A DNA stretch of 64,000 bases. It comes from Heptranchias perlo. Its lineage: Eukaryota. Position 1 is the stretch's first letter. Each line of letters starts with the position of its first letter. Positions 21,816 to 35,109 of the stretch are shown piece after piece. The notes beneath the pieces were generated by a model, which did no database searches, was not told the origin of the DNA, and saw nothing but the letters and a program-made list of their open reading frames with translations. The position numbers were made by a program, and so were the translations under genes. The DNA lies in contig NC_090337.1 in the NCBI RefSeq assembly GCF_035084215.1, positions 37,386,001 to 37,450,000 on the forward strand, given 5' to 3'.

Positions 21816-24800
21816 GCAAGCTTGGCTCCCCGTGTGAGGTGGGTGAGATGTGCTCAGGTAAGGAGGCTAGATTGCGGTCTCCAAAGTGGGGGAAGGGTTA
21901 TTTGGCTAGTCAGTGTCGGGGGGGGGGGGCGATAGTTGTGTTCAGATGAGGTATGTGGGGTCCGATCACCAGAACAGTGGTCAATATGGGAGGGGTTAAT
22001 GCTGGCTGAGGGATAGTTAGCTAGTCGGTATTGCTCAGTGGGCTGGTGGTGTGTAGTCACTGTACTTGTGCTCAGAGAGGGATCGGGGGGTGGTGGTTAG
22101 CACAATATCTCTTCTCAGTGGGAGAAATTCCAATGTGAAATTGGAAAATAGTGATGATAGTTATGCTGTAGCCAGGGTTCAATGCTGGAGGGGAAGTTTG
22201 TGCTCTTTGCTTGTTGGGGGTGGGTGAGGCGGGCATTCAATGTAGTGTTTTGTCCAGTTGTAATATTTATGTTCAGTGGGTGGGATTGATAATAGGTTTA
22301 TGGTTCAATTCTAGAATTTCTGCTAAGTGGGGATTCAGCTGTGAATTGCAGTTAGAATCTACATTCTATCATGATCCGATTTGCTGAGGCAAACATTGCT
22401 ACTTTTTTCCTGCCTAGTGGCAGTTATTCTCTGGTGCAGCACTAAAATAGAGAACTCAGATTTAGCAGTTGAACGAAGTATGGTTCATTTTAGTGACTGG
22501 CTTAGGCGAGGAAGATCAATTAAACCAACCGAAGTTGTTCTGACGATTGCTTTTTCTTCTAATTTAAGGGAAAAGCTGTTAAGAGGCAGGGAAGCGTTGG
22601 TGTCGAAAGGTTCAGAACAATTTAATAAAACAGGCTTTCCACCATCCAATCCTGCCTTGCCAGTTCATGCTCTTTTCCTGGGCCTGCTTTTCTTCCCAAA
22701 CTGACCCACTCTGAGACCTCTTGCCAGGGCCTCCAGCTGCTTTAATAAGAATCTGCTTTGCTCCCTGAGCTATTCCGCTCTGGTTCTCTCCCATTGCTGA
22801 TTCCCACTGCTTTCCTTGAGGCTTCCAACAACTGCTCCCCCCAATTCATCCCATTGGTTCTTGTTATTTTTCTGGGCTTGCTTTCCTCCCTGAACTCATC
22901 CGCTCTTTCCTGTTCCCACAGCTTTCACACACTACCTGGCTGCTTTAATGGTGACCCGTTCTGTTCTCCTGGTCAAGCTTCTTTCTGTACTGCTTGAATT
23001 ACATGTACCTTTTTAAAAAAAAAATTAGCCCTGCTGTATTTTTTTTAAATGACCGTTATACTTTTTATAATGATATCAAATCAGAAGTGTGAATAGAGCA
23101 AAATATATGCAAGTAACTGAAGAGAACTTTAGAAAGGAAGAACTTGCATCTTAAATAAATTTTGTAGATGTAGATAAGTAGTATTAAAATATTGTACCTA
23201 TGAAGCTATGCATTTTTTAATCAATAAGTTATGTATGCTTCCTGTCAGTTATGCAATATATTGCTTCAGTACATTTGCTATTGACAGCAATAGATCAATC
23301 ACTGTTGTATTTAGATTGCAGCAGGATTGCAGTAAATAGAAACCATGGGGGCAATTTTTGTCTATCACCCTGATTTTCAACATGAACAGGGCAGTAGCAG
23401 GACCAATTTTTTTTAAATCGTGCCAAATTTGCACCCTAGGGCTGCCTGATGTAATTTTCGAGCAGCTCAAATATTTGGGAGTATCTGTTCTTTGCAGTTT
23501 AAAATTTTAAAAATATCCCAAATAATATAACTGCTGCTTGGGAACCTTATAAAGTTTTAAATTAGTTCGACTACAGCCAGCTTGAGTCTAAAGCAGTGTC
23601 AAACTATCTCAAGTTGATTGTTATAAGTATACCATTAAAATATGTACAGCAAATAGTAGGAGCTGCCACAATATACTATCACCCAATATTCCTCTCCCTT
23701 GTACCAACATGTACAAAAGATGTGAATGTCCCAGAAGCAGCCTTCTACCTGTAAGCACCCAAACCCACCCGTATTTCCAGGTTTGCCTATATGGGACATG
23801 GGCCAGGATGCCCAGGAAAATCCACTGACAACTGCTTCTCTGACCTGCAACTTTCTGTGCTCACAACATCTGACAACACATCCTCAAACACAGAGATAGG
23901 CATTATCACCGAATATATCGCTTCCTCTTTAGTAGGGGAAAAGCCATGAACAATAGGACTGTTTGATATTGTACTAAAATGTTCTTATCTAATGTTCTAG
24001 ATATAAATACAACTTTTTCTCAATTAAATATCAAAACAATTAAAAATAGCTTTTATTATTTTGCTAAGCTGCCACTCATGACCATGTTCTAAAAGTACAT
24101 GTCGGATACCTGCGAAATATATTTAACAGGAGTTATATTTTGGGATTTTTTGGCCATTTTCCCACAGAAAGGATTTGGAAAAAAGTTAAAGCATTGTGAC
24201 AAGTTTAGAAAATGCTGAGGCAAAAGCTAGTTAAGATGCTAATGAGCTGGCTTTGAAGTTTCCTTTGGCTGTAAATAATAAGCAATTTGTTAGTGTGTCT
24301 CAATCAAAAACCACCTCATATTCATTGTATTAGAGTCTTTATTCTCTTTTTTTTGGCAGTAAATGGAAAGATACAATATTGAATCTGGCAGTGAGACTTT
24401 TTGAAACAGATACTGCACAGGCAAAGATGCAAGGGCTTTCATGGAGACTAAGAGGTCAGAAATGCTGGATGTCATTGTTTAAGTAAGACGACCCACTGGT
24501 GTAGGAAGGTTTGGTGTGTTCTTTATTTTGTGTTAGTACATGAAAATAAATTGTACAGTTTGAATCAAGTGAGTCTGATCATAACTGGTGTACAGTATGT
24601 TTACCTTACTGTTAAAGTGGTTTAATGATTCATATCTGGCCTTATCTCACCAAGTGTTGGTTCGGTCCACGGTCGGCAAGATCAAAGAAGTACACATGCA
24701 AAAGATACGAATATCCAGTTCAGGTCATAAGAGGGTTATGCTAGCCCACAAAGATAGAGGGCAGTGTGAGTCAACTTCTGTAAAAAGAATGACACACAGA

Positions 24801-26989
24801 GCACTTAACAGAAGTGACTGTGGCCTCTGTGCCATCAAAGGCATCACCAGCAGTCCCACAGTTGTAACAAGGACACAGCATTTTCTGTTTATACCAGGAG
24901 TATCCAATTTAATGGAGCTTCTTTCTGCTGCTTTCTTCTGCTGAATTTGATGCAGCAGTTCCATTGGCTAGTTTGTAGTTCTGATTTAAACTCATCAACT
25001 TCAATCATGCATGTCAAGTTACTGCCTGCAAGGATAATCATGCTGAATACACCATTACCTTCACGCTAGAATGGCTGGTACAGTATAGCATAAATTACTA
25101 GAGGTTCTTCCATCAGGATTTATGAATAATAAAATGTTTTGTTTTATCATTAATACAATTGCCCAAGACACAATAATGTTCATTAAAATTTGCAGCCATT
25201 GTATGCTACTGCAACTTGCATTATAGTTTAAATTTGAAATGTAGTTACAATTCAATGTTTACATGACACTTGGTTTCTGCGTCTACTAATTTACAAGATG
25301 ACTTCCATGGGTTAAACATATGTTATGCTCACTAAGGGAGATGAATTGCTTTGGTTGTTACTTCTGAATGAATTTAAAATATTGTGACCGTGATCATGAG
25401 CAAGTCAAGTGGAGCTCACAATTATACTGCAATGATAGAGGAAGAGATTTTTTTTATTTGGTACTTGTGTGAATTATTTGCATCACTAGTGCAACTAATT
25501 AACTTAATGGAATAACAGCAAGCAGGCAGCAACAAAAGATGAATGCAGCTCAAATTTGTTTTTGCACCAGCATGAATCTCCTGTCAGAAAAAAAAACAAA
25601 GTTGCAAGAAAGTAGCTCATCATTTTCTTTTACATGTGTCTCAAAAGTTTTGGGTGAGAGGGACTCCCTATAACATCTGTTCCCAAATCTGTTGATCCAG
25701 CTGATGCCAGTCTTTGACCCAAAGTTGGCAGTTGTGATCAGTTCCAGTGTCAGGTTGCTAGCAATCAAGATATCCAGGAACTGCCAGCCTAATTTGATAT
25801 GCAGTTTTATCGAGCATTAAGCAGTGCCAAAACTATTTAATGTAATGGGCAGGTGCAAAGTGTGTAGAACAGGCCAAATTGGGTAGCCTGTCAGCTCACA
25901 AGATGTACTGTGCCTAAGGCTGAATGGCCCAGTGCATAGCATCTCTACGAATAGCCAAGCACGAATTTGAAACTGAGCCCTCGTCTCCAATTTTTAAGTA
26001 GGAGAAGCAGCTTTGATATGTTTGAGGGAGCAGAAATGCCTGGTCCATCGTTACATTCTCCAAAGTAAAATTCTGACACACTGATTTGATGATCTCAGCA
26101 CTATCCTAGTCTTATGATGTAAAGATTCAGCCTAGACCTGGACCAAGACTGGTCATTTTGCTTCCAATATAGCAACACAGCACAATAATATCCTTTCAGA
26201 TGGTCAGTGTCTGAGATTGCAAAGATGAGAAAGTTTGGCACAAAACACTCAAAACAAGATTCACAGATACTTTCATAAATTTCCATAGGATTCCCTTCAG
26301 TTGTCCTTTTGACCATCAATGAATTTTCCACAGAATTTACAGGCTCAGTTGTCTGGAATTCATCAGTTACTACTAGTGAAAATGCCTTGCTTAAAATCTG
26401 CATTTAGATTTTAAAGCTAAAGCTTGGCATATTAAAGCCTTTTTTGCAGCAATAAGAAACCCTAGTCCAAACACTTGCCCATCAAAAAAGTCTAATTTCT
26501 CCTAATCCTAGGAGAGAAAAAAAAATTACGTGAGGACCGATCAGTTAAAGTGTACTCTCTGAAGCATGTTCAATGAGAAAGACACAGATCAGCTGGTTTT
26601 GAAGTTGTCAGTCCAGCTTTTTAACCTAAAGCAAGGAAAAACTGAAGATAATTATTGAAGTTGGCAAATGAGATTTTCATGTTGAATCTCTCTGTTTTAC
26701 GTCGCAATCCCGTTATTTGAATGCAATATTTTGGTCCTGTTCTTCTTCAATAGGACCACATCTTGCCTGGAGAATTTATTTTCCATATATTTAATGTACA
26801 TGTTTTCCTACTTTTTACAGGTCCGAAGAGGAAAAGATAAAATATTAGGTCACAGATACTTTCATAAAGTATCATTTTAGTGATGAGCATCAAATGAAAA
26901 AGATGAAGAAAACATAATGAGCAAGAGAAGTGTGGGTGACTGATTACTAAGAAGCCACTTAGCAGAAACAAAACAAAATCCTGAAGCAC

Positions 26990-27590
26990 AAAATATATAT
27001 TGTCCCTGGTTTTCCCCATTCTAGAAGATAGCGTGAATGACCGTTAGTCTCCTGTTTAAAAAGTTTTACATATTGTAATGGCACTTTTTTTAAAAAAAAG
27101 CACGATAGAATGATTACACAACGAGAATGGTACACAATATTCCAGATGGTATCTGACCAATCTTTTCACTTAATAGTAGGAAGGTTATTATCATTCTTGA
27201 AGAGGTACAGAGGTGAGCAATGAAGACAATCCTGGCCACCATAAATTTAACATAAGGAAAGGTTAAAAAGTTGGGACTCATTTTCTTTGCAAGAGACACT
27301 TGAAGGTGATTGAACGCAAGTTCAAGTTTATGAAAGGGAACTGACAAAAACAGATGCGGGCAAATTGCACAGTGATGAAGGATTCCAAAACTAGGGACAC
27401 AAATTAAAAATTAGGAAGTTAGGAGCAAGGGAAGTCAGGCAAAGTGTAAGGAGTTAGCAGGGAAGGCCACTGAAGTAAACAATGTAAATTAGATTAAGTA
27501 CATTTCCAACAAAGGACTGGGGTAGATCTGTGAAAAAGGGACAGGCTCATTGGCCCCCAAAGCCTTTTTCTAAAAATGCTTATGCTCTTA
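26990..27590 (+). mobile_element. Highly decayed CR1 3' fragment
   Basis: gaagaggtacagagg...caatcctgg, aaggtgattga, ctagggacacaaattaaaa resemble the CR1 ORF2 C-terminus and 3' end. Confidence 0.45.
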
Positions 27591-28465
27591 ACCTCAACGC
27601 ATGTAGAATTTGAAACTCTTCCTTAGAGGCAAATATATTCAAAGAGCTATCACAAGCCCATTGAGAAGATCAGCAGCAATATATTGTAATAGTGATTGGT
27701 ATTTTATTTCTGATTTACTGAAGGTTGTTAGAAAATTACTTATATCGGCAAAGATTTTCTTTTTTAGTATTGGAGTTAAAACACTATCAACCAGCCATTA
27801 TCTGCTGAAATAAATTTGAGGCACAGAATCCAGTAATCCATCCAGACATTAGTGCTGAATTTATACTGTAGCTATCAGTCTGAGACTAGTAGCTGCAGAA
27901 CTGGTTCCAGTCAAACATTACCTTGCTTATACTGTTTCATATGCTATGCTCCTACCCAGGAGAGTTTTGCACATGTGCCAATGTCTGCTCCCAGCAGTAA
28001 AAATTTAGATGTTTATAGAACACGGGTCCCAACATTTAAATATGCTCCAGGCAAGTTAAAAAGTGCCCAGTGGAACCAACAGATTAATTCCAATTTGCAA
28101 CAGACCCCCGAGTACGTTTCAAAACCAGGTTTGACGATTCACTGGAGTAATATTCCATGTGGTGTTTTGAGAGACTTGTTGCTGGAGCACGATCAAGCTC
28201 TGACTCCAGAGTTACACTGCATTTTTAGTATCATTTTGCAGCAACACTACCGTTACAGTATAAATACACCCCAAGCCCAACTTCAACACAAGCCAGTGTG
28301 ACTTAACATTAATGAGTGATGACCCGACTATACATTTTAGTTAAGAGTTGAAGGTAATAGAAAATTTCGCCAATTTATGCTGTCCAAAAAAAATGCACTA
28401 ACACGTAACTTTCAGATTCTGCAATTGGACAACATATACAGATAGATTCTTTCCCCTTTTTATTA

Positions 28466-29425
28466 CTATGTATTACTATTCCACAGATCATCAGTCTTAC
28501 TTTCTCTCAGTTGATTGATAATTTTGGTGAGATTGTCAATTTTCTGCTCTTTTCTTTTTAGTTTTTGTTGGAGTACTCTGAATTTTTGCCTATGTTCTTC
28601 ATTCTTCTTTCTTTCCCACGCAAGCTTCTTTTCTAGAGTTCTCCTGATTATATCTGGGCAAGGACTCATAAAGTAACTGTGATCCTGAGGAAATGTCATT
28701 CCTGACAAATCCTGATCATCATGAGAAGATAGCACCATCTCAGAGGAACACTGCAGTTCTTCAGAAGCCAGAACTGGAGTGGATAGATGGGTCTCCGTTT
28801 CTGGGATGAGCACTTCTGTAGATATCCAAGTTGTTCCTTCTGATATTGTTACTCTATCAGATATTAGGTCTGCAGATGTTGTAAATAAACATGGCAAAAT
28901 ACTAGTGCTCACTGCAGATACATCCATTGAACCCACGAGCGCAGTGGATGTATCCGATAGTACTTCAGGTCTCGATAATACATTGGCTGTCCAATGGAGG
29001 GCATCTGAACACAGAGCTGCAGCTGAATCTTGAGATTGTTCCTCTGAATGAGTTGTTATTAATCCACTTGAAACTGATTCCATCTTTGCATCTGTTGAGC
29101 ATGTTTGAGGTTGTGCACTGCAGTTAAAGACTGTGAGGACTTCTGAAGACTCTGCTTCAGATTTTAGAGGAACTTCCAATACTTGAGAGAATTCTGCTAA
29201 GTTCAGGACCGCTGCTGCTGCTAGTTGAGCTAGTCGCCCTGTATTAAGAGTCTCTGTAGTTAATGTAGACTGCACATCCGTGATTTTAGTTGGCTCAGCT
29301 GGCTGACTTATTGCTTCATCAACCGAATCAACTTGCAACGGCAAAAGCGACATCTGTACCTCCGAAGTTCCCGTATGGTGTCCAGCAGAAGCTTTTGCCT
29401 TATGTGACCTTCTGGAGCTTGTGGT
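28466..29425 (-). CDS. THAP domain-containing protein exon 3 (low-complexity linker, DHSY HCF-binding motif, coiled coil, stop)
   Basis: tttgcag|ACC acceptor and a 960-nt open frame ending in TAG. QDHSYF followed by RTLEKKLAWERKKNEEHRQKFRVLQQKLKRKEQKIDNLTKIINQLRE. AATAAA at 28464-28459. Confidence 0.9.
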   Translation of the reverse strand, partial: TTSSRRSHKAKASAGHHTGTSEVQMSLLPLQVDSVDEAISQPAEPTKITDVQSTLTTETLNTGRLAQLAAAAVLNLAEFSQVLEVPLKSEAESSEVLTVFNCSAQPQTCSTDAKMESVSSGLITTHSEEQSQDSAAALCSDALHWTANVLSRPEVLSDTSTALVGSMDVSAVSTSILPCLFTTSADLISDRVTISEGTTWISTEVLIPETETHLSTPVLASEELQCSSEMVLSSHDDQDLSGMTFPQDHSYFMSPCPDIIRRTLEKKLAWERKKNEEHRQKFRVLQQKLKRKEQKIDNLTKIINQLRESKTDDLWNSNT

Positions 29426-30135
29426 CTGCAAATTAGTTAAAATTAATGTTTGTATTGTGTTATTTCTAAAAAAAATAATCTAAATACATTTTACACGGCA
29501 TCATAACATCTTTGAGATAATTTAAACTCAATGTGCCCAGTGCTACAAAAAACTTCAGGGGCCATTCAAAATGGTCATTTTCAGTAGTACACAAACAAAA
29601 TCCCATGTCCTCAAACTCAAACCTCAAGTCAAAACATTTACTTGTTTTAAAAATACGTGTAATGTACACTTTAAAAAGAACTAGCGCCCTCAGTCATATT
29701 CTTGACTTCTACAGCCAGTAAAAGCGTACCAATTCAGTATTCCCACAAAAGATACTGCCTGCAATTCTTTTGAGACACCGACAGTTAACAATGGTACACC
29801 AAAGGGATCATGCTTTTGAGGACACCCTCTCAGCAGTTCTTCTAAAACACTGCAAGACTTTGGTAACTATTTAATTCAGTCAATTACAATGTCATCTAAA
29901 GCAATCAGTATTTGGGTTATTTGCTACTTAATGGAGAGGGCTAAAAGTCCTTACAAAAAGTGTACATTGATTACCCCCGCCAATAGACAACTTACATGCC
30001 ATATATAATTGTGAAAACTTATTTGTGGTCACTTGGAGCAAAAATAAATGGGATGCAAAAATGGGTTTTAATCAACAAGTTACCAAAAAATCATTTACTA
30101 AAATAAATGCCGAACACAATAATGATTAAAACTAC

Positions 30136-30325
30136 CTTATTTTTAGGAGGTGGAAATATGGTTGGAACAGAAGAAAATTTTAAATGCCTTCGATCATTCC
30201 GTTCCTCAAAACAATCTTTTGTGAAGTGATCACTACAGAGAGTTGCTCTTGGTGATGGTATCCAGTTTTCCCGTGCTACAGCTTTCAGCCAATTTGCCAT
30301 GAGATCTGGTCTTGAAATTGGAAAT
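30136..30325 (-). CDS. THAP domain-containing protein exon 2
   Basis: FPISRPDLMANWLKAVARENWIPSPRATLCSDHFTKDCFEERNDRRHLKFSSVPTIFPPPKNK carries the THAP P-W-C-H-F-P signature and AVPTIF box. catag|...|gtagt, 190 nt. Confidence 0.93.
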
Positions 30326-32999
30326 CTATGTTGACAGAGCCCAAAATAAAACAGAAGTAGGGATTCAACAAAACTTACTGAAATTGCAAGTATCGTAAAT
30401 AGCTTTTTCAATTTTTAATATTTTTTAAATTTGAGAAGCTGTACCCATTAGTCAACGCATCTGCTCTGCAACTCTGTGCATAATTGTCTGTCAGCAACAG
30501 CCCCATTCCGCCAAGTCGTCTTAAACTCACTTAACATTTAAATGAGTTTGGTCAGTACAATTCTCTTAATAGAAAGGTGGGGTTTAAGTCATAAAAATTG
30601 GACCACCAACCATTAAAGCTCTGCAATTCTTAGGATGTGAAAATAAACAGATACTCAACAATAGGATAAACAAAAACATTAATAGGTTAGAAAATACATA
30701 TTAGTAGGCATGTCAAAAATCCTAAACCTACGTAATACTGGTACAAGACATAACCAATGGCGCTGAATAAGAAAATAACAATTAAAACTGCAATAAACTC
30801 AAAATAAATCTCTCACTCTGCAAGTACCTCCTATGAAAACTGATCGAAATCCCTCCAAACTAAAAACTAAGTCATGCAGATTACTGGATACAAAAGCCTT
30901 CAGGTCATAAATTCATGCAACACTCAAAAGGAAAATCTCAAACACACTTTCAGCTTATCTGGCATATTACAAGTAAAAACATTATAAAATGTCAATCAAA
31001 AAAGAAAAATACTGACCCTAATAAAAACACTTACTTCCTGTTGGTTAAACATTGAATGTAAACATCTACCAACCAAATAAAGCAATCCACACTAAGCAAA
31101 GGCATGACACATTATGGATTTTTCACCAGATGTTGATTTAACACGTCAACCAAAGAAAAAGCAAAACAATCAGAAAAACAATTCCCACAGAAAAATAATA
31201 TTGAAAGTTCTTGTCCTTACACTTGCATAAACAAATGGTGAAAGACTAAAAACTTTTCTTGAAATGACCACAAATTTTTCATGTATTCTGCAACCTCACT
31301 GTCCAAACTCTAACCTCAGATTAACACATCAAAGATAAGTTTGCAGGACTGCTTCACATACACCATGCACACTGCATACCTAAATGGTGTGCCCAAAATT
31401 GGTAAACAAAGAACAATTTCACAACATATCAAAATACAATTTTATACGGTGCAATTGCTACAATTTGGGTTGTATCCCGTCGTTTCTGTTGAGCAGGAAT
31501 AAGAAATATCAAGCAAGCTTGCAATTCTTATAAACTGACATTAGTTTGTACACAAATTACATAGGAAAGCTGGTTTCCAGGCCAGTGTGTCATTTTGTGC
31601 ACTGGAAACAGTATGGGATATCACAATACACTCCTGACTTTTCCAACTGACTGAAAATACCACACTGACAAAATGTGAACAGAAGCAAGGCAGTAGCTTC
31701 GATATACTTAACTTTGTGCGATCCGTTCCAAAACAATAAAAGTTCCTCTTTAGCAGCTTTACATGAGAAATGAACCTACGAGTCCCTCATTAATCCCGAA
31801 ACCCATACAGTGGCATGGGAAACTGGAGAACATCAGTCTGTTTATATCTCACTTTTTCCTTTGATGTCCAGACAGATGCAATGCAAGAGGATCTCGTACA
31901 ATAATAATCAAATTGGAATTACTTCTTGTGAAGAAAAACCATCAAGTCAGTTTCCAACCCCCCACAGACTGCCTCTCGGGCTTCCAGATACAATTTTCAT
32001 ACCACTAGAACAAAGCAAAACTGCATCTATATACTTGACAGGATTGTGTCTTATCAACCTTCCCTAATGCCAACAGAAAATTTCTCCCCGAATGCAGTCA
32101 CAAAAATTGTAGCAATACTGATGCAGCTAAAAATTTTTTTAAAACTAGTAGATCTCCTGTAGCGTTGCCCGTGGCAAGTCAGAGGATTCACTGCTTTATA
32201 ACAATAGGGGTGTTAAGATCATGTAGGGGAAATATCAGGCCCACTGATTTACAGGAATTGAATAAGTAAAATTCCATTTATATTAAGTGGTATTCTGGAA
32301 TCACTTCTTGTGCTTTGGGGGTTGAATTCCATGGCTAGCTATTGTTCTGTGAAAACCCTAAATGAGCAGCCTTTACTATTCCTTCACCTATGTAAATAAT
32401 TTTTTTAAAAACCTTTTATCAGTTTTGAAGCCAAGTATATGGCAAGACAGCATGCAAGATGTATCAGTTGAAATTAGATATCTGGGAGATATAACAAATT
32501 CTACTGCCATAAACAAAAACATTGCTGATACATTTCTTATTTTAGTGTGGGATGGCTCAGGTTCCAAGTCACGCCATTTTCAGAAATTTCTCGGTTTGAG
32601 CTAGTTAAGAAAATATGCTTATGAAACAGTACTAGCAATAGAAACTAACAGGAAAAATGATTAAAGCCATGATGGCCAAAGAGATGTATGCAGACAAACT
32701 TTACCATCCATCTACTGAAAAAGGGAGTGTAGCAGTGTGGATCTGGCAGGATAATGGAATGAAACATTTTTTAAAAAAGAAGCACTTTCCAATATGCCAG
32801 ATTTCAGACCCCATAGTAAAGTGCTTTAGTAAACTTGTTTTAAACTGCAGGAAAAGCTATTAAACAGAATCTCATAATAATGACAAATATAATATATCCA
32901 ATGAGGTTGGTTAACATACACAGCAGCATCACATCTATTTTGGCAATTGCTTTAGAGATAGGCTGTTAAAAGAGAGCAACGAACTTTGCGATTCTCCGA

Positions 33000-33490
33000 G
33001 GTATTCCAATGCTCTCCTGGCTGGCCTCCCATCTTCCAACCTCCATAAATTTGAGCTCATCCAAAACTCTACTAACCCATATCCTAACTCGCACCAAGTG
33101 CTGTTCACCCATCACCCCTGGCTCCCAGAACACCTTGACTTTAAAAGTCTCATGTTTGTTTTCAAATCCCTCCATGGCCTCGCCCCTCCCTATCTGTGTA
33201 ACCTCCTCCAGCCCTACAACCCTCCGCCATCTCTGCGCTCCTCCAATTCTTGCCTCTTGCGCATCCCCGATTTTAATCACTCCACCATTAGCGGCCGTGC
33301 CTTCAGCTGCCTAGGCCCTAAACTCTGGAATCCCCCCCCCCTAAACCCCTCCACCTCTCCTTTAAGACGCTCCTTAAAACCTACCTCTTTGATCAAGCTT
33401 TTGGTCACCTGTCCTAATATCTCGTGGCTGGATATCAAATTTTGTTTGAAAATCGCTCCTGTGAAGGGCCTTAGGTCTTATTTTTACTAC
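33000..33490 (+). mobile_element. L2 LINE 3' fragment
   Basis: FKSLMFVFKSLHGLAPPYLCNLLQPYNPPPSLRSS...GRAFSCLGPKLWN is a typical L2 ORF2 C-terminus. Confidence 0.85.
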
Positions 33491-33705
33491 CTTAAACGCA
33501 AGTTGTACCTGATTAAAATCGCCATCTACCTGCGTCACCGTGACTTACCCGCCTTATACTAAAGAAAACTGCGGTTTTACAAAATTTGCGCACATTTGAG
33601 ATTTTACGGTCGGAAATTTTATCAAAGAGCAATTTTTTTTTAAAGGAAAAGGCCTGGAGAAAAGTTAACCTCACAGCACCAACGAGAATTGGCCTCTCAG
33701 GGTAC

Positions 33706-33776
33706 CTGTGGAAAGTTATGCCGCTGCCTTTCTTGAAGCGGTTCTTACAGTCCAGTGCGCTGCACGAGACTGGCAT
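33706..33776 (-). CDS. THAP domain-containing protein exon 1 (ATG)
   Basis: MPVSCSALDCKNRFKKGSGITFH(R) with CxxxxC. 71-nt exon ending AG|gtacc, phase 2, which joins exon 2 in frame. Total 406 aa. Confidence 0.93.
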
Positions 33777-34484
33777 CTTCCAGGTGCGGGCAGCGCCGGC
33801 CGCGAGCGGGCACCGACTCTCTGCCTGGAAGAAAGATGGCGGCCTGGCGGCGGTGACGTCACTTCGAATTCGGAACCTGGCCTCCCGAATAGATTAGAAC
33901 GCTGGGGAGAAAAAAAAAAGACACGAAACATTCGCATTCCTTAATTCGAGTCAATCCTTCAATGCGCGAAGGTCATAAATATGATCGGCTTTATTTATAT
34001 ATATTTTTTTAAAACCCTTCATTCACCCTTTAAGGAGGAATCAGTACCGCCCTTTCTTTTGTTTTGCAGCCTCCCCTCCCCCCCCCAAACTAGCGGAGCC
34101 CCAAGGATTGTGGTGGCTTTAATTAAACTGCAGTGACATTGTCTCCACAAATAGCACAAACGGATTTAACAAACTTAAATGGTTTTCCGGTGCCCAGGGG
34201 ATTTTTTTTGCGCAGTGCACCCCCTCCCTCCCTCCCTCCCTCTGCGTGGCCATTCTCTTCCGGTAACAACCGCGGCCCGTCATTTCTGAAAGTGAAATGT
34301 TACCAGCGTTAAAAACTACAACTCCCGGCATCCCGCCCTCCCCGCCCGATTGGCCGACTGATAAATCCGCATCGGCCTGATTGCCCCCCCCCCCTGTGCT
34401 GCCGGCGTTAAGTCACTGTCGCGGGGTGAATTGTATCGCTGTGTTTCCAGGAGCGTTTCCATTTTTGCCCCGGATTCCGCAATA
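33777..34484. promoter_or_regulatory. CpG-rich bidirectional promoter between the THAP gene and NCEH1
   Basis: YY1-type AAGATGGCGGC 33833-33843, CRE palindrome TGACGTCA 33854-33861, ETS-like CTTCCGG 34257-34263, ACTACAACTCCCGGCA 34315-34330, ATTGG 34349-34353 and GC boxes. Confidence 0.75.
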
Positions 34485-34622
34485 ATGCGAAAAGTCGTCC
34501 CAGTGATCGTGATCGCTGCCGCTTTGACAGCTTACTATGTGTACATCCCACTGCCGAACACGGTCTCCGAGCCCTGGAAACTGATGCTCCTGGATGCAAC
34601 GTTCAGAGGAGTCCAGGATATG
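34485..34622 (+). CDS. NCEH1: Neutral cholesterol ester hydrolase 1 exon 1 (N-terminal membrane anchor)
   Basis: [46 protein letters not shown]|gt. The [22 protein letters not shown] segment is characteristic of NCEH1. 138 nt. Confidence 0.95.
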
Positions 34623-34954
34623 GTATAATTTCTCCTTTTGTTGACGTTGCTTTCTTTTCAAGTTGCAGAATATTTAAAATTGAATCGTAGAAGTATCATA
34701 ATACGTTGACCTTTTTGCATGTTCGTAGTTTCAAAGGTGTCTCAGACTTGCAAATTATAAAATGGTTCAGTCACTTGTCTTTCTCTGCTGCTTATGTAGC
34801 GTGGCACTATTCATGCATACATCCTTTCGCGTACATCTGTCCTGTTGCAATACTCAAGTAATAAGGTACTCCCAAAGAATGTCACATCAAAAAAAATTCA
34901 CGTCGGATCACCCTGTAGATAATGACGATGAAATGAGGAGTGGCAGGCGGTGAT

Positions 34955-35085
34955 TCCTGAACTGCTAAGATATTCGAAGATACTAGAAATACACAGCAGG
35001 TCCGTCAGTATCTGAAAAGAAAACAGACAAGATTAAAATTTTGGGCGCACCTGCAGTGCATTTCTCATTTTTTTTCTGTTTTTAC
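34955..35085. repeat. Decayed palindromic Penelope-derived element
   Basis: aaatacacagcaggtccgtcagtatctga arm matches the other copies. Confidence 0.45.
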
Positions 35086-35109
35086 CATTTTTAAATATCT
35101 AATAATGTA

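Noticed and set aside
21379-21819. 146-aa Pro/Leu/Ser-rich ORF
   Set aside because: It is the translation of the low-complexity GA tract.
24605-24777. Minus-strand segment with good acceptor and donor sites
   Set aside because: Stops in all three frames and no transcript evidence.
26261-26868. 19-nt direct repeat tcacagatactttcataaa at 26261 and 26850
   Set aside because: Too short and isolated; no recognisable element lies between the copies.
27852-28301. 149-aa plus-strand ORF
   Set aside because: Non-ATG start, no recognisable domain, and antisense to the THAP 3' region.
28337-28465. Possible P-element transposase remnant after the THAP stop (KLRVSAFFL...LLPSTL)
   Set aside because: The resemblance is too weak to separate from chance without an HMM search, and there are multiple stops.
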